Of a stretch of 64,000 bases of DNA, positions 49,975 through 58,970 are shown in pieces (the stretch's first letter is position 1; every line of letters begins with the position of its first letter). This DNA is from Candidatus Latescibacterota bacterium (lineage in GTDB: Bacteria > Latescibacterota > UBA2968 > UBA8231), in NCBI GenBank assembly GCA_965261395.1, contig OZ253462.1, positions 3,904,001 through 3,968,000 of the forward strand. Direction: 5' to 3'. A model generated the notes under the pieces. It saw only the letters and a program-made list of their open reading frames with translations. It was not told the DNA's origin and did no database searches. The position numbers and the translations under genes are program-made.

Positions 49975-50892
49975 TTAAAATTTCCCCTCGTATATCTCGT
50001 CGAATAGGACTTTGAGCCCTTCGACGAGCCCCGGCTCTGGCGCTGGATGGGGTGGCCCTAAGCGGTGGTTGGGGTAGAGGCCCTTTAATTGGATGGCCGC
50101 TTTTATGGAAGCCAGCCAATTGTGTTTGATGGCCCACTGCAACCACGGCTCTTCATAGCGGTAGACCAAATCCCAGGCCCCGGCCGCATCGCCGTTGACC
50201 AGCGCATTGTGGAAGGCATTGGCAATGTCGGGTCGGAAGGGTGCTACTGTGCATAAATAGGCGGGGGAGCCGAGCGGGTAGCCAAAGGCAAAATTGCGCA
50301 TTTGCCCGCCGCTGATTACCCCGAAACCCAAGTCTCGCGTCTGGCGGATCAGGTCGTAATACGTGTAGAATTGGTCGCCGTCGTTTTTCATGCCAATGAT
50401 GTGGGGGCGCTGGGCCAGTTCCACGGCTGCTTCCAAGGGGAAGGGGGGTTGGCCGCCAGCCCACAGCAGCAGGGGGATATCAGCGGCCCCTTCCAAAGCG
50501 TCGAAGTAATTGACCAAAACCGGCGTAGTATTGCCTAGATAGGGATGGATTTGGACTTTGACGGCATCCATGCCCACGGCTTGGGCGTGGGCCAGATAAT
50601 CCCGCGTCTTGGCTGGCTTCCAAAAACCCGTACCGCCGATGCAGAAGGCCCGGCCGGCGCAGGCTTGGCCCACGGTCTCGGTCACTGCCCATATATCCTC
50701 GTTGTCCAGGCAGGCGAATTCGCTGCTGCCGTAAGTCAACATCAGAATGGGCGCTCCCTGCGCGCTGAGCCAATCCACGTACGCAGCCACTGCTTGGTGG
50801 TCCACTGCGCCGCTCTCGTCAAAGCACAAATTGAGCGGGACCACCGGTCCCTTCATGCGCGCTAAAGCTGCTGCCGCCTTGTTCATATACAT
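49975..50892 (-). CDS. Dihydrodipicolinate synthase-family aldolase/lyase
   Basis: YGSSEF, IGGTG, PHIIGMKNDG. Confidence 0.85.
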   Translation of the reverse strand: MYMNKAAAALARMKGPVVPLNLCFDESGAVDHQAVAAYVDWLSAQGAPILMLTYGSSEFACLDNEDIWAVTETVGQACAGRAFCIGGTGFWKPAKTRDYLAHAQAVGMDAVKVQIHPYLGNTTPVLVNYFDALEGAADIPLLLWAGGQPPFPLEAAVELAQRPHIIGMKNDGDQFYTYYDLIRQTRDLGFGVISGGQMRNFAFGYPLGSPAYLCTVAPFRPDIANAFHNALVNGDAAGAWDLVYRYEEPWLQWAIKHNWLASIKAAIQLKGLYPNHRLGPPHPAPEPGLVEGLKVLFDEIYEGKF

Positions 50893-50952
50893 CTCCTCTG
50901 GGCGTGATTCACTATAGCCAAGGCGGCCGCAGCGCTTGCGACTGACCCGTTG

Positions 50953-52878
50953 CTAGAAAAAGCGACTCCAGAAGCTTTGCTTCTGCTTCTCTGAGCCACC
51001 GCGATTGGTCTGCTTCTGCTGCGCCGAGCCGCCACGATTAGCCAAGTAGCGATCGAGGTTCTCATTCCCGGTAGGTTGGATCACTTCTATGGTGCCGTAG
51101 ATGCCGCCCATTTCCATCCCGTCGTACACCCGTACTGCAACCACGTTCTGGCCTTTGTATTTGACCGCCTCGCTTATATCGAGGATGAAGGGGGTATTCC
51201 ACCCGTGGTGTTCCCCCACAAAGGAGCCGTTGACGTACACATAGGCGTTGTTATCCACTCCGCCGAAGGCTAGATGCACCGGCCGGCCCTCCTCCGCGTT
51301 CACCTCAATCCGTGCTCGGTACCAAGCCCCCTCGTCGTAGCCGCTATAGCCCTGATCTTCCCAGGCTTGCCCGATGTCGATCTCGGCCCAATTCGAATCG
51401 TCGAGATCGGTATGGCTCAGGCTGGCATCTAGGTTCCCTTCCTCGTAGGGGCTGAATTTCCACTGCACAGGCACCTCGGCGACCTTTTTATAGGTGTAGG
51501 GAATGCGCGGAGGCCGGTGAGCATAACGGCTATAGCGCTTGCCGCTGGTGAAATGGTCCTTAAAAACCGGCCAGCCGTTCCCTTCCACCATCTCCAAGCG
51601 CCCGCCCCGGTTGGTGGCAAAGTCGTCTGTTTTTATCTCGTCCGTGGGCTGATGTACATTAATCAGGCCATACACACCGCCCATGCCGTTGTCGTCATAC
51701 AAGTACAACGCCACCGTATTCTCGCCGTCGCGCACGACGTGGTCGCTTATATCGAGGATGAACGGCCGGTCCCACTGGTCGTAGTGCTGACCGACCAAGT
51801 GGCCGTTGACATACACAAAGGCGTCCTTAGCCCCCAGCCCGCCGAAAGCCATGAGCACCGACCGCACCGAATCAGCCGCCACCGTGAAAGTGGCCCTATA
51901 CCAAGCCCACCCGTCATAGCCAGTGTAGCCCTGATCCTCGTAAGCCTGTCCGATGTTGATTGTAGCCCAATCCGAATCGTCGAAGTCCGAGGTGGCGTAG
52001 GAGCGGTGCCGCTGCGGAGACTTGCTCTCATCGAGGCGGAATTTCCACTGCATGGGTACCTCGGCCACCTCCTCATAGGCGTAGGGGACCACCGGAGGCG
52101 TGTTGGCGTAGTGGTAGTACCGCTGATCCGATCCGCCCTCTAAGAAGTGTCGGGGCCTAATCCGCTCGAAGCTGAAGCCTTGCCGCTCGACCTGCTCCAT
52201 CTGCTGCTCGGCCTGTCTCATTTGCTGCTCCATCTGCCGCTCGGCCTGTTCCATCTGCTGTTTCATCTGCCGTTGGGCGGCCTCTAACTGTCGGCGCACC
52301 TGCTCGTCGATGAACACCGAGTCGGCACCGGTGCTCCGCTTGGCCTGCTCCGTTAGCTGCTTGACTTGTTCCATCTGCCGCTTAGTCTGCTCCGTTAGCT
52401 GCTGCTGGATAGCCTCCATCTGCCGCTCGGTCAGCTCCATCTGCCGCTTAGCCCGCTCCATTACCTGCTGCAACTGTCGGCGGATATAGGATTCAGAGTC
52501 GGTGCGGTGGGACGGTTCCTCGATCACTGCCTCGCGCTGGTGGGTTGATCCCAGACGCCGTGCCGCCTCCGCTCCCACCTGTGGCTGGTCGGGGTACTTG
52601 TCGCGTACGGCTTCGTACGTCTGGCGCGCCTGTGCCAGCCCCAGCTTCTCTTGGCACACCCCGATGCGTAGTTGCGCCCGGGCCGCCATGCTTTCGTCTG
52701 CCTCGCCCTTCTCGTGGGCCTCAATCACTTGCTTATAGAGGCGAATGGCCTCCTCCAGATTGCCCTCGCCCTTTTCCTGCATGAGGGCCGCCTGATAAGT
52801 CTCCTCGACATTGCTGGCCAGCAGACTGCTGGCACTCAGCAATAGGCAACTGAGGAAAATCGCGATAACGCGCTCCAT
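50953..52878 (-). CDS. Secreted protein: TPR-like helices, Q/E/M-rich coiled coil and two tandem GH2-N-type galactose-binding-like domains
   Basis: Signal peptide; GNLEEAIRLY...AQLRIGVCQEKLG; QMEQ repeats; duplicated W.F...DDSxW..I.IGQAxEDQGY.GYD..WYR...FGG...VYVNG...ILDIS. Confidence 0.8.
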   Translation of the reverse strand: MERVIAIFLSCLLLSASSLLASNVEETYQAALMQEKGEGNLEEAIRLYKQVIEAHEKGEADESMAARAQLRIGVCQEKLGLAQARQTYEAVRDKYPDQPQVGAEAARRLGSTHQREAVIEEPSHRTDSESYIRRQLQQVMERAKRQMELTERQMEAIQQQLTEQTKRQMEQVKQLTEQAKRSTGADSVFIDEQVRRQLEAAQRQMKQQMEQAERQMEQQMRQAEQQMEQVERQGFSFERIRPRHFLEGGSDQRYYHYANTPPVVPYAYEEVAEVPMQWKFRLDESKSPQRHRSYATSDFDDSDWATINIGQAYEDQGYTGYDGWAWYRATFTVAADSVRSVLMAFGGLGAKDAFVYVNGHLVGQHYDQWDRPFILDISDHVVRDGENTVALYLYDDNGMGGVYGLINVHQPTDEIKTDDFATNRGGRLEMVEGNGWPVFKDHFTSGKRYSRYAHRPPRIPYTYKKVAEVPVQWKFSPYEEGNLDASLSHTDLDDSNWAEIDIGQAWEDQGYSGYDEGAWYRARIEVNAEEGRPVHLAFGGVDNNAYVYVNGSFVGEHHGWNTPFILDISEAVKYKGQNVVAVRVYDGMEMGGIYGTIEVIQPTGNENLDRYLANRGGSAQQKQTNRGGSEKQKQSFWSRFF

Positions 52879-52955
52879 GATGGACCTCCTTGTTTAGGTG
52901 GGTGAATGCGCGGTTGTGCGCTCACCTTTGAACCTAAACGCCGACATTGTCCGAG

Positions 52956-52975
52956 TTGTCATGGTTTTGTCATGG
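52956..52975 (-). promoter_or_regulatory. OmpR/PhoB-type direct-repeat binding site
   Basis: TTGTCATGG twice with 11-bp period (52956 and 52967), ~80 nt upstream of the 52878 start and next to an OmpR-family regulator. Confidence 0.65.
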
Positions 52976-53003
52976 ACATGCAAAAAGGTTGTACTTTCTG
53001 GCC

Positions 53004-53683
53004 TCACTCCACAAAGCGGTATCCGACCCCGTGTACCGTGAGGATGTGGCGCGGCTGGGCCGGGTCGGCTTCCAAGCGGTTGCGCAATTCGGCGATGTGG
53101 TTGTCCACCGTGCGCGTGGTGGGGTACACTCATAGCCCCACACCTGCTCGAGGATCTGCGCTCGGGTCAGGGCGCGGCCCTTGCTCTCCCACAAGAGGCG
53201 CAGCACGCCAAATGCCTTGGGGGACAGATGTACGGTCCGGCCATCCACGGTCGCCTCGTAGCGGTCGAAGTCGATCCGTGCCTTCCCGAACTCCAGCACC
53301 GTGCCCGCGGCTGGTGCCAACTCGCCGCGCCGCAACACCGCTTTGATCCGGGCCATGAGCTCGCGGACGCCCACCGGTTTGGTGACGTAGTCGTCGGCCC
53401 CTAACTCCAGGCCTAGGACTTTATCGAACTCCTCGCCGCGCGCCGTGAGCATGATGATGGAGGTGGCCGCTCCCTGCGCACGCAGCCGCCGGCACACTTC
53501 GTACCCATCCATAGTGGGCAGCACTATGTCGAGCAGAATCAGGTCCGGCCGCCAAGCCAAGGCCCGCTCCAGTCCCTCAGCTCCATCGGCGACCGCCTCG
53601 GCCTCATAGCCCTCAAAGATCAGATTATCGACCAGCACCCGGGCGATGGCCGCTTCGTCCTCGACGACCAGAATTTTAGGCAT
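53004..53683 (-). CDS. OmpR-family response regulator (one-base deletion near 53129)
   Basis: [24 protein letters not shown]. The winged helix [12 protein letters not shown]...[10 protein letters not shown] continues in a shifted frame. Confidence 0.88.
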
Positions 53684-55608
53684 GGGCGTTCTCCTCGGTA
53701 TGCACCGGGAAGTACAGACGGAATACACTGCCTCCATGCGCCTCGACCACGCTTTTGACTAAGGACAATCCCAATCCTGTACCCGCCGTATTGGCCGCGT
53801 TGACCCCTCGGTGAAATTGCTCAAAGATGCGCTCCTCCTCGCCTGCGGGGAGGCCGACGCCCCGGTCGGCTACTTCTATCGACCACCTCGGCCCCGCGCT
53901 GTTCCACGGCTAGGCGGAGGGCTTTGTGCTGGGATGAGTACTTGACTGCGTTGCCTAGGATATTGGCCACCGCGCCCTCCACCGCTTCTTGGTCGGCCAG
54001 TACTGGGGGCAGTTCCGCAGCAATAGCTTCCTCCACCTCAAAGCCCTCCGCAGTGAATACTCCGCCAAAGGTCTCAAGCGCGTCTCGGACCGCAGTCCCT
54101 AGGTCGCAGGGCTGACGCTGGTAGGTCCGGTCGCCGCGCTCAATGCGAGAGAAATCGAGCACATTATCCACCAAGCGCGACAGGCGTCTGCTCTCGTGCA
54201 GGAGGGTGGTCAGATAGTCCTGCATCTGATCGGTTGATCGGTAGCGGCCCATGAGCAGGGTCTCGGCGTACATGCGGATGGATGTGAGCGGGGTGCGCAA
54301 CTCGTGCGATACATTGGCGACAAATTCGGACCGCAGCCGGGCCACCTGTACCTCGCGCCCCGCGTCCCGCAGGATCATAAGCCCGCCGAGCACCACGGAT
54401 ACGGCCAAGGCGAAAATGCCGCCGCCCACCAGCCAATTGCGCGTGCGATAGTACCCGGTAGCTGCGGAGGCATCGGCCGCCCAGACCCCCAGTCGCACTC
54501 GGTCCATCCAGCGGCTGGCCGGCGCAGTCTCGTAGATGGTCTCCCGATGCGCGGACGCAAAGGCGGCTTCCGCGTCGGCGTCAAACAGGGCAAGGGCAAA
54601 ACCCCGCTCTGATAGACCTTCCACTTGCTCCTGCACTAGGGCCGTCAGCGCGGCCCAGTCGAATAGAATGCCCACCGCGCCTCCTCCATCAGCCGCGCCC
54701 AGGTACATGAGGAAACTCGTCCCATCGGGCCACATGCCCGATATATAACCCCGCTCCCGGGCCATAGCCCATTGGTCCTCCACTACGGGGCCGAAGCGCA
54801 TTGCAAAATCGAGGGCTTTCTCGATCAGGGCCAACCTATCCAGCAGAACGGGGCGGTCCTCCATGTCTGCCAGCCGACTTTGGGCTAACGCGCGGACCTC
54901 TTGCAGGGCCTGCTGGCAGCCTGCGTAGAGGGGATAGCGGCCTGCGAGCAGCGCCTCGGTCCAAGCCATCAGACTGGCTTGGGCTTGCTCGGGCGCGGCA
55001 TAGTGCCCTAGGCGCAAGTGACTCAGGGTGACGGGATGGGCCCCGTCGGCGTCGAAGACGTGACCGTAGAGGGCCACCAGCGTCCGGTGCGCCTTCTCCT
55101 CCATCGCCGCGTCCTTTCCTTTATGTGCGCAGCGGGCAAGGGCGTTGAGGGCTTCGGCTTCCTCTGCGGGACTGGCTGCTTCCTTATAGGCTTGGTGGTA
55201 GAGCTGCACGCCGCCCGCCCAGTCTTGGTGGCCGAATTCGCGCTCTGCGGCCTGCTCCATCTGCGCGGCGAAGGCCGCTCGGCGCTCCTGCAAGCGCAAG
55301 GGCTGCACGGCTGGATGGCGCAGCACTCCAGTGGGATCAACGGCGAAGATTTGGGCAATCTCGGAAAAACCCGCGTAAGAGCGCGGGTCCATTCCGCCCT
55401 CTTCGATATATGCGGCTAGGAGTTGAGCGCGGCTGTTGAGCAAGCGATCGAAGGCATCCTGCGCTAGCACCGCCTTGGAGCGCAATTCTTGGTGCACACT
55501 GTCGCGGACATCGCGCAGCGAGCGCACGCTCAAAAAAGCCAGTAGGGCGGCCGGTACGAGAATGGACAGGAAATAAAGGACTACCCAGCGGATTCCCAGA
55601 CGCGACAT
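53676..55608 (-). CDS. Membrane sensor histidine kinase with TPR-like periplasmic domain (one-base insertion near 53881)
   Basis: Two TM segments, VSHELRTPL, NILGNAVKYS. The G boxes EVADRGVG and GTGLGL lie in a shifted frame. Confidence 0.88.
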
Positions 55609-55701
55609 GAGCTTGGCAGGAGGTGGGGAATGGGGGAGTGCGGATCGTGGCGAGGAATATAGCGGGCGGCCCTTCCGCTTTCAAATTTGTTCCGCGCGCG
55701 T

Positions 55702-55731
55702 TTGACATCTGCGGGGGAAGCGGCCTATAGT
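55702..55731 (+). promoter_or_regulatory. Putative sigma70 promoter
   Basis: TTGACA-18 nt-TATAGT upstream of 55798. Confidence 0.5.
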
Positions 55732-55797
55732 TGCGACCGATACTATAGATTATACCTGATTTGATCGTTACCTGGGTGCGAAAGAATCCACACCGCC

Positions 55798-58700
55798 ATG
55801 AAAAGCGACTCTGTCGTGCAAAAGATCCTCGTCGGCTTGGCGCTGAGCCTGTCACCGGTTGAGGCCCAGCGGGGCTACCAGATAAGCGGCGACGAGGTGG
55901 TGGTCGATCTGGCGCAGCACTGGCGGCAGTGGACCATCCCCGCCCATCTGGCGCATATCGACGAGGCCGGGTCCGTGCGGACGCGCCGGCTGCGGACGGT
56001 GTACAATGTTCTCGAGGATCGCACGCTCAGACGGCCGATAATCATTAACACGGACGACCCGCGCATTGGCACCATCGACAGCACCATGCAGTTCGATGTG
56101 TTTGGCGAGCCGATCCGCAATACGCTCAACGAACTGGTCTTCGACCACTGGGTGCGGCCGGGGATTAGCCGGGTGGGGTCCAATCCGCAGCTAGCAGAGC
56201 ATATCCTCGACGGCGATCCGACCACGTTCTGGGAGCCGGATCCGCGCGACCCCATCGAGCGGTGGTGGATCGAGGTGGATCTGGGCCGTGCCGTGCCCGT
56301 GGAGCGGCTCAAGCTCCAGTTCGTCGACGAAGAACTCGGCGATCCCTTTCTGCAGTTTATCATGCTGATGTCGCGCCGGCAGAGCGCGCTGTTGCACGAG
56401 CCGAATAGCCGCATTGGCTTCCAACTGTTCATTCCGCAGGACGCGCCCAATACCACTCAGCGCGAATACATTTTTGCAAGCGAGCACACCAGCCCCGAAC
56501 TACCTGCGGCCTCCGGGGAGGTCAGCGATAGGCTGCTGATAGAAGCGAGAAAGCCCTCGCCCGAGTGGACGGGCAAGAGCATTGAGACCATCCGCATTGT
56601 GATCACGGATACGCGGGGAGGGCGGGCCGAACAGATTACACAGGAAGCGTGGGAGGGGCTGTCGACCGACGAGCGGGGGGATGTGGTTTACTTCGCGCGG
56701 GACGTGGCCGGGCGCGAGGAGCCGGTGGACGAAGCGACCTATCAGGCTTTGGCCGCAGAGCGGCAGGGGCGGCGGGAGTATTACCGACGGGAGTTGCCGC
56801 GCTTGGCCGAGGTCGAGGCCTGGGGTTGGGGCGACAACATCGGCATCAACTTGGTCAAAAACGGTGGCTCACTCGCACTGACCACGCCGGGCAAGAATCC
56901 GCTGACGGCATTCGACGGGGACGACGCCACCTATTACTCCCACCAAACCCGCAATCCACTCAATCCCGGCGGCAATGTGCTAACCGTCGATATTGGTGGC
57001 GCGGTGTGGCTGGACCAGGTGCGCCTTACGGGGGCGGGTATACGCGGCTATATCATGCGAGCTTCTGCTGGCGGGCGCGATGTCCGCGGCGGTCTCAAAT
57101 GGCAGCGCATCAGTCCACCGGAGCGCGAGTATAGCGTGGCCGAGGCACTGCCACGCGGCGACTCGGGCCGCTTCAGTGCGATTGTCGATCCCCAGGATCC
57201 GCCGCTCAAGGCCCGTCTCCTCGACTTGGTCGTCTTTGCCCACTTTCCCCCGGGTTTTGTCGGCGGTCGCTCCGAAAGCGGAGCTGGGCAAGGGATATTG
57301 GTCAATGCCTTCTGGTCGGTGATCAACGAGATCATGCTGTTTTCCAGCCGTCCGCCGGCCGAGGTGGTACTGGAATCGGACTTGATCGAGCTGCCGGGGT
57401 TGGTGGCCTTGGGTGGGGTTCACTGGGAAGCCGACACCCCGCCGGGCACGGACGTGGAAATCCGCACCCGCACCGGCGACCAACTGTTGCAGCAAATCCG
57501 CTATTTCGACAAAACTGGCAACGCGAAAACCGCCGCCGAATACAAAACCTTGGCCGGCTTTCTCAAAGGGCCTTCGGATACCACAGTGGTCGTTGGACCG
57601 GGGTGGAGCACGTGGAGTCAGCAATATCGGCAGCCGGGGGAGTGGGTGCGTTCGCCGAGTCTGCGGCGCTTTATGCAGCTCCAGGTGCGGCTCAAAAGCG
57701 ACGGCGGCCAGCAGGTGCCCGCGTTGCATCGCCTCTCCGTAGGCCTGCATCAGCCGGTGGTGCAGCGGCTGCGCGCCGAGGTGTGGCCGACGGCGGTGGA
57801 GGCAGGAGTGCTCGACACATTTTCCCTTTTCGTACAGCCCGACTTTTTAACCCAGCCAGTCCAGGAGCGCAGCTTGGGTTTTGACGAGATGCGGGTGCGC
57901 GCCGAGCCGGGGTTAGACCTGCGGCTAGTCGATGTGGCTTTGGGGACGGAAGCGGAGTTAGCGTCCGCAACCCCGTTCCAGCGCTTTGCTCCGGGAGCCG
58001 ACGGACGGTTGCTCGACGCGCAGGGGGCCGAGTTGGCCGTGCGCGCCGAGGGCGATTCGCTGTGGTTGCACTTTCCCCAGACTGTACAGGGTGCGCCCGC
58101 CGAAGCCCTCGCGCCGGTGTACTACCGTGCGGTTGCCCCCGGCGACGAAGTGCCTACCGGGCTGGACCGGAATCTGTTGACCTTTACTTCGTACAGTCTC
58201 CTGCCCGAGGCCGAACAGGGCGCGGTGCGCTATTTCCGGCGGCAGGAGAGTGGCCGGCTGGTCGAGGTGGACGCGGAGGCCTACGAGGCCTTGGCCGCAG
58301 CCGAGCAGGGGTCGGTGCGCTACTTCCGCAAGGTCGTCGGTTTGGGCGATCAGGTTCCCTTTGATGCGGTGGGCGACAGTCTCGACCAGAGCCGCTACAA
58401 CAGGCTGGGGGAGCAGCGAGGTTGGGTGGTGGACCGGGGCCGACTGGTGAGGCTGCGCTTTGCCTCGCGGGTGTATTTGCAGGGGACGCGCCTGGCGGTG
58501 GCGGTGCGGCAGAGCCAGCCCTCGACTGCGTGGCAGGTGGCGGACGGCGGCGATGTGACCGGGCTGAGTCCCGCAAAGAGCTTGGCCATTAGTGCGCAGG
58601 GGACCGACGCGGCCATTGCCCAGGTGGCGATTGCGCCGAATCCTTTTACGCCCAACGGCGATGGGGTCAATGAGGTGGCCGAGATCGCCTTTTCCTTGTT

Positions 58701-58935
58701 CCGGGTGCAGGCGGAGCGGTCGTTGGCGGTGCGGGTCTATACGCTGGCGGGTCGCCGGGTGCGGGAGTTGGAGGCACTGGTCACAGGTGGGCGGCAGCAG
58801 TTTATCTGGGATGGGCGGGACGAGGAGGGGCGAGTCGTGGCGCCGGGCTTGTATTTGTGCAAGATCGAGGTGGACGCGGACGCTACGGCCTTTGGCGGAC
58901 AGAGCCGGGTTCATCTCATCGCCGTAGCCTATTAG
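55798..58935 (+). CDS. 1045-aa secreted protein with discoidin-like domains and a C-terminal CHU_C/FlgD-Ig-like domain
   Basis: Signal peptide (VEA-Q); ILDGDPTTFW...WWIEVDLGR; PNPFTPNGDGVNE...VYTLAGR...WDGRDEEG...PGLYL. Confidence 0.85.
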   Translation: MKSDSVVQKILVGLALSLSPVEAQRGYQISGDEVVVDLAQHWRQWTIPAHLAHIDEAGSVRTRRLRTVYNVLEDRTLRRPIIINTDDPRIGTIDSTMQFDVFGEPIRNTLNELVFDHWVRPGISRVGSNPQLAEHILDGDPTTFWEPDPRDPIERWWIEVDLGRAVPVERLKLQFVDEELGDPFLQFIMLMSRRQSALLHEPNSRIGFQLFIPQDAPNTTQREYIFASEHTSPELPAASGEVSDRLLIEARKPSPEWTGKSIETIRIVITDTRGGRAEQITQEAWEGLSTDERGDVVYFARDVAGREEPVDEATYQALAAERQGRREYYRRELPRLAEVEAWGWGDNIGINLVKNGGSLALTTPGKNPLTAFDGDDATYYSHQTRNPLNPGGNVLTVDIGGAVWLDQVRLTGAGIRGYIMRASAGGRDVRGGLKWQRISPPEREYSVAEALPRGDSGRFSAIVDPQDPPLKARLLDLVVFAHFPPGFVGGRSESGAGQGILVNAFWSVINEIMLFSSRPPAEVVLESDLIELPGLVALGGVHWEADTPPGTDVEIRTRTGDQLLQQIRYFDKTGNAKTAAEYKTLAGFLKGPSDTTVVVGPGWSTWSQQYRQPGEWVRSPSLRRFMQLQVRLKSDGGQQVPALHRLSVGLHQPVVQRLRAEVWPTAVEAGVLDTFSLFVQPDFLTQPVQERSLGFDEMRVRAEPGLDLRLVDVALGTEAELASATPFQRFAPGADGRLLDAQGAELAVRAEGDSLWLHFPQTVQGAPAEALAPVYYRAVAPGDEVPTGLDRNLLTFTSYSLLPEAEQGAVRYFRRQESGRLVEVDAEAYEALAAAEQGSVRYFRKVVGLGDQVPFDAVGDSLDQSRYNRLGEQRGWVVDRGRLVRLRFASRVYLQGTRLAVAVRQSQPSTAWQVADGGDVTGLSPAKSLAISAQGTDAAIAQVAIAPNPFTPNGDGVNEVAEIAFSLFRVQAERSLAVRVYTLAGRRVRELEALVTGGRQQFIWDGRDEEGRVVAPGLYLCKIEVDADATAFGGQSRVHLIAVAY

Positions 58936-58970
58936 GTAGGGAAGATACCCGAAGATTCGGCAGTCGTCTT

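Noticed and set aside
52170-52480. Repetitive DNA resembling a CRISPR or tandem array
   Set aside because: Degenerate in-frame repeats encoding a Q/E/M coiled coil, with no constant repeat and unique spacers.
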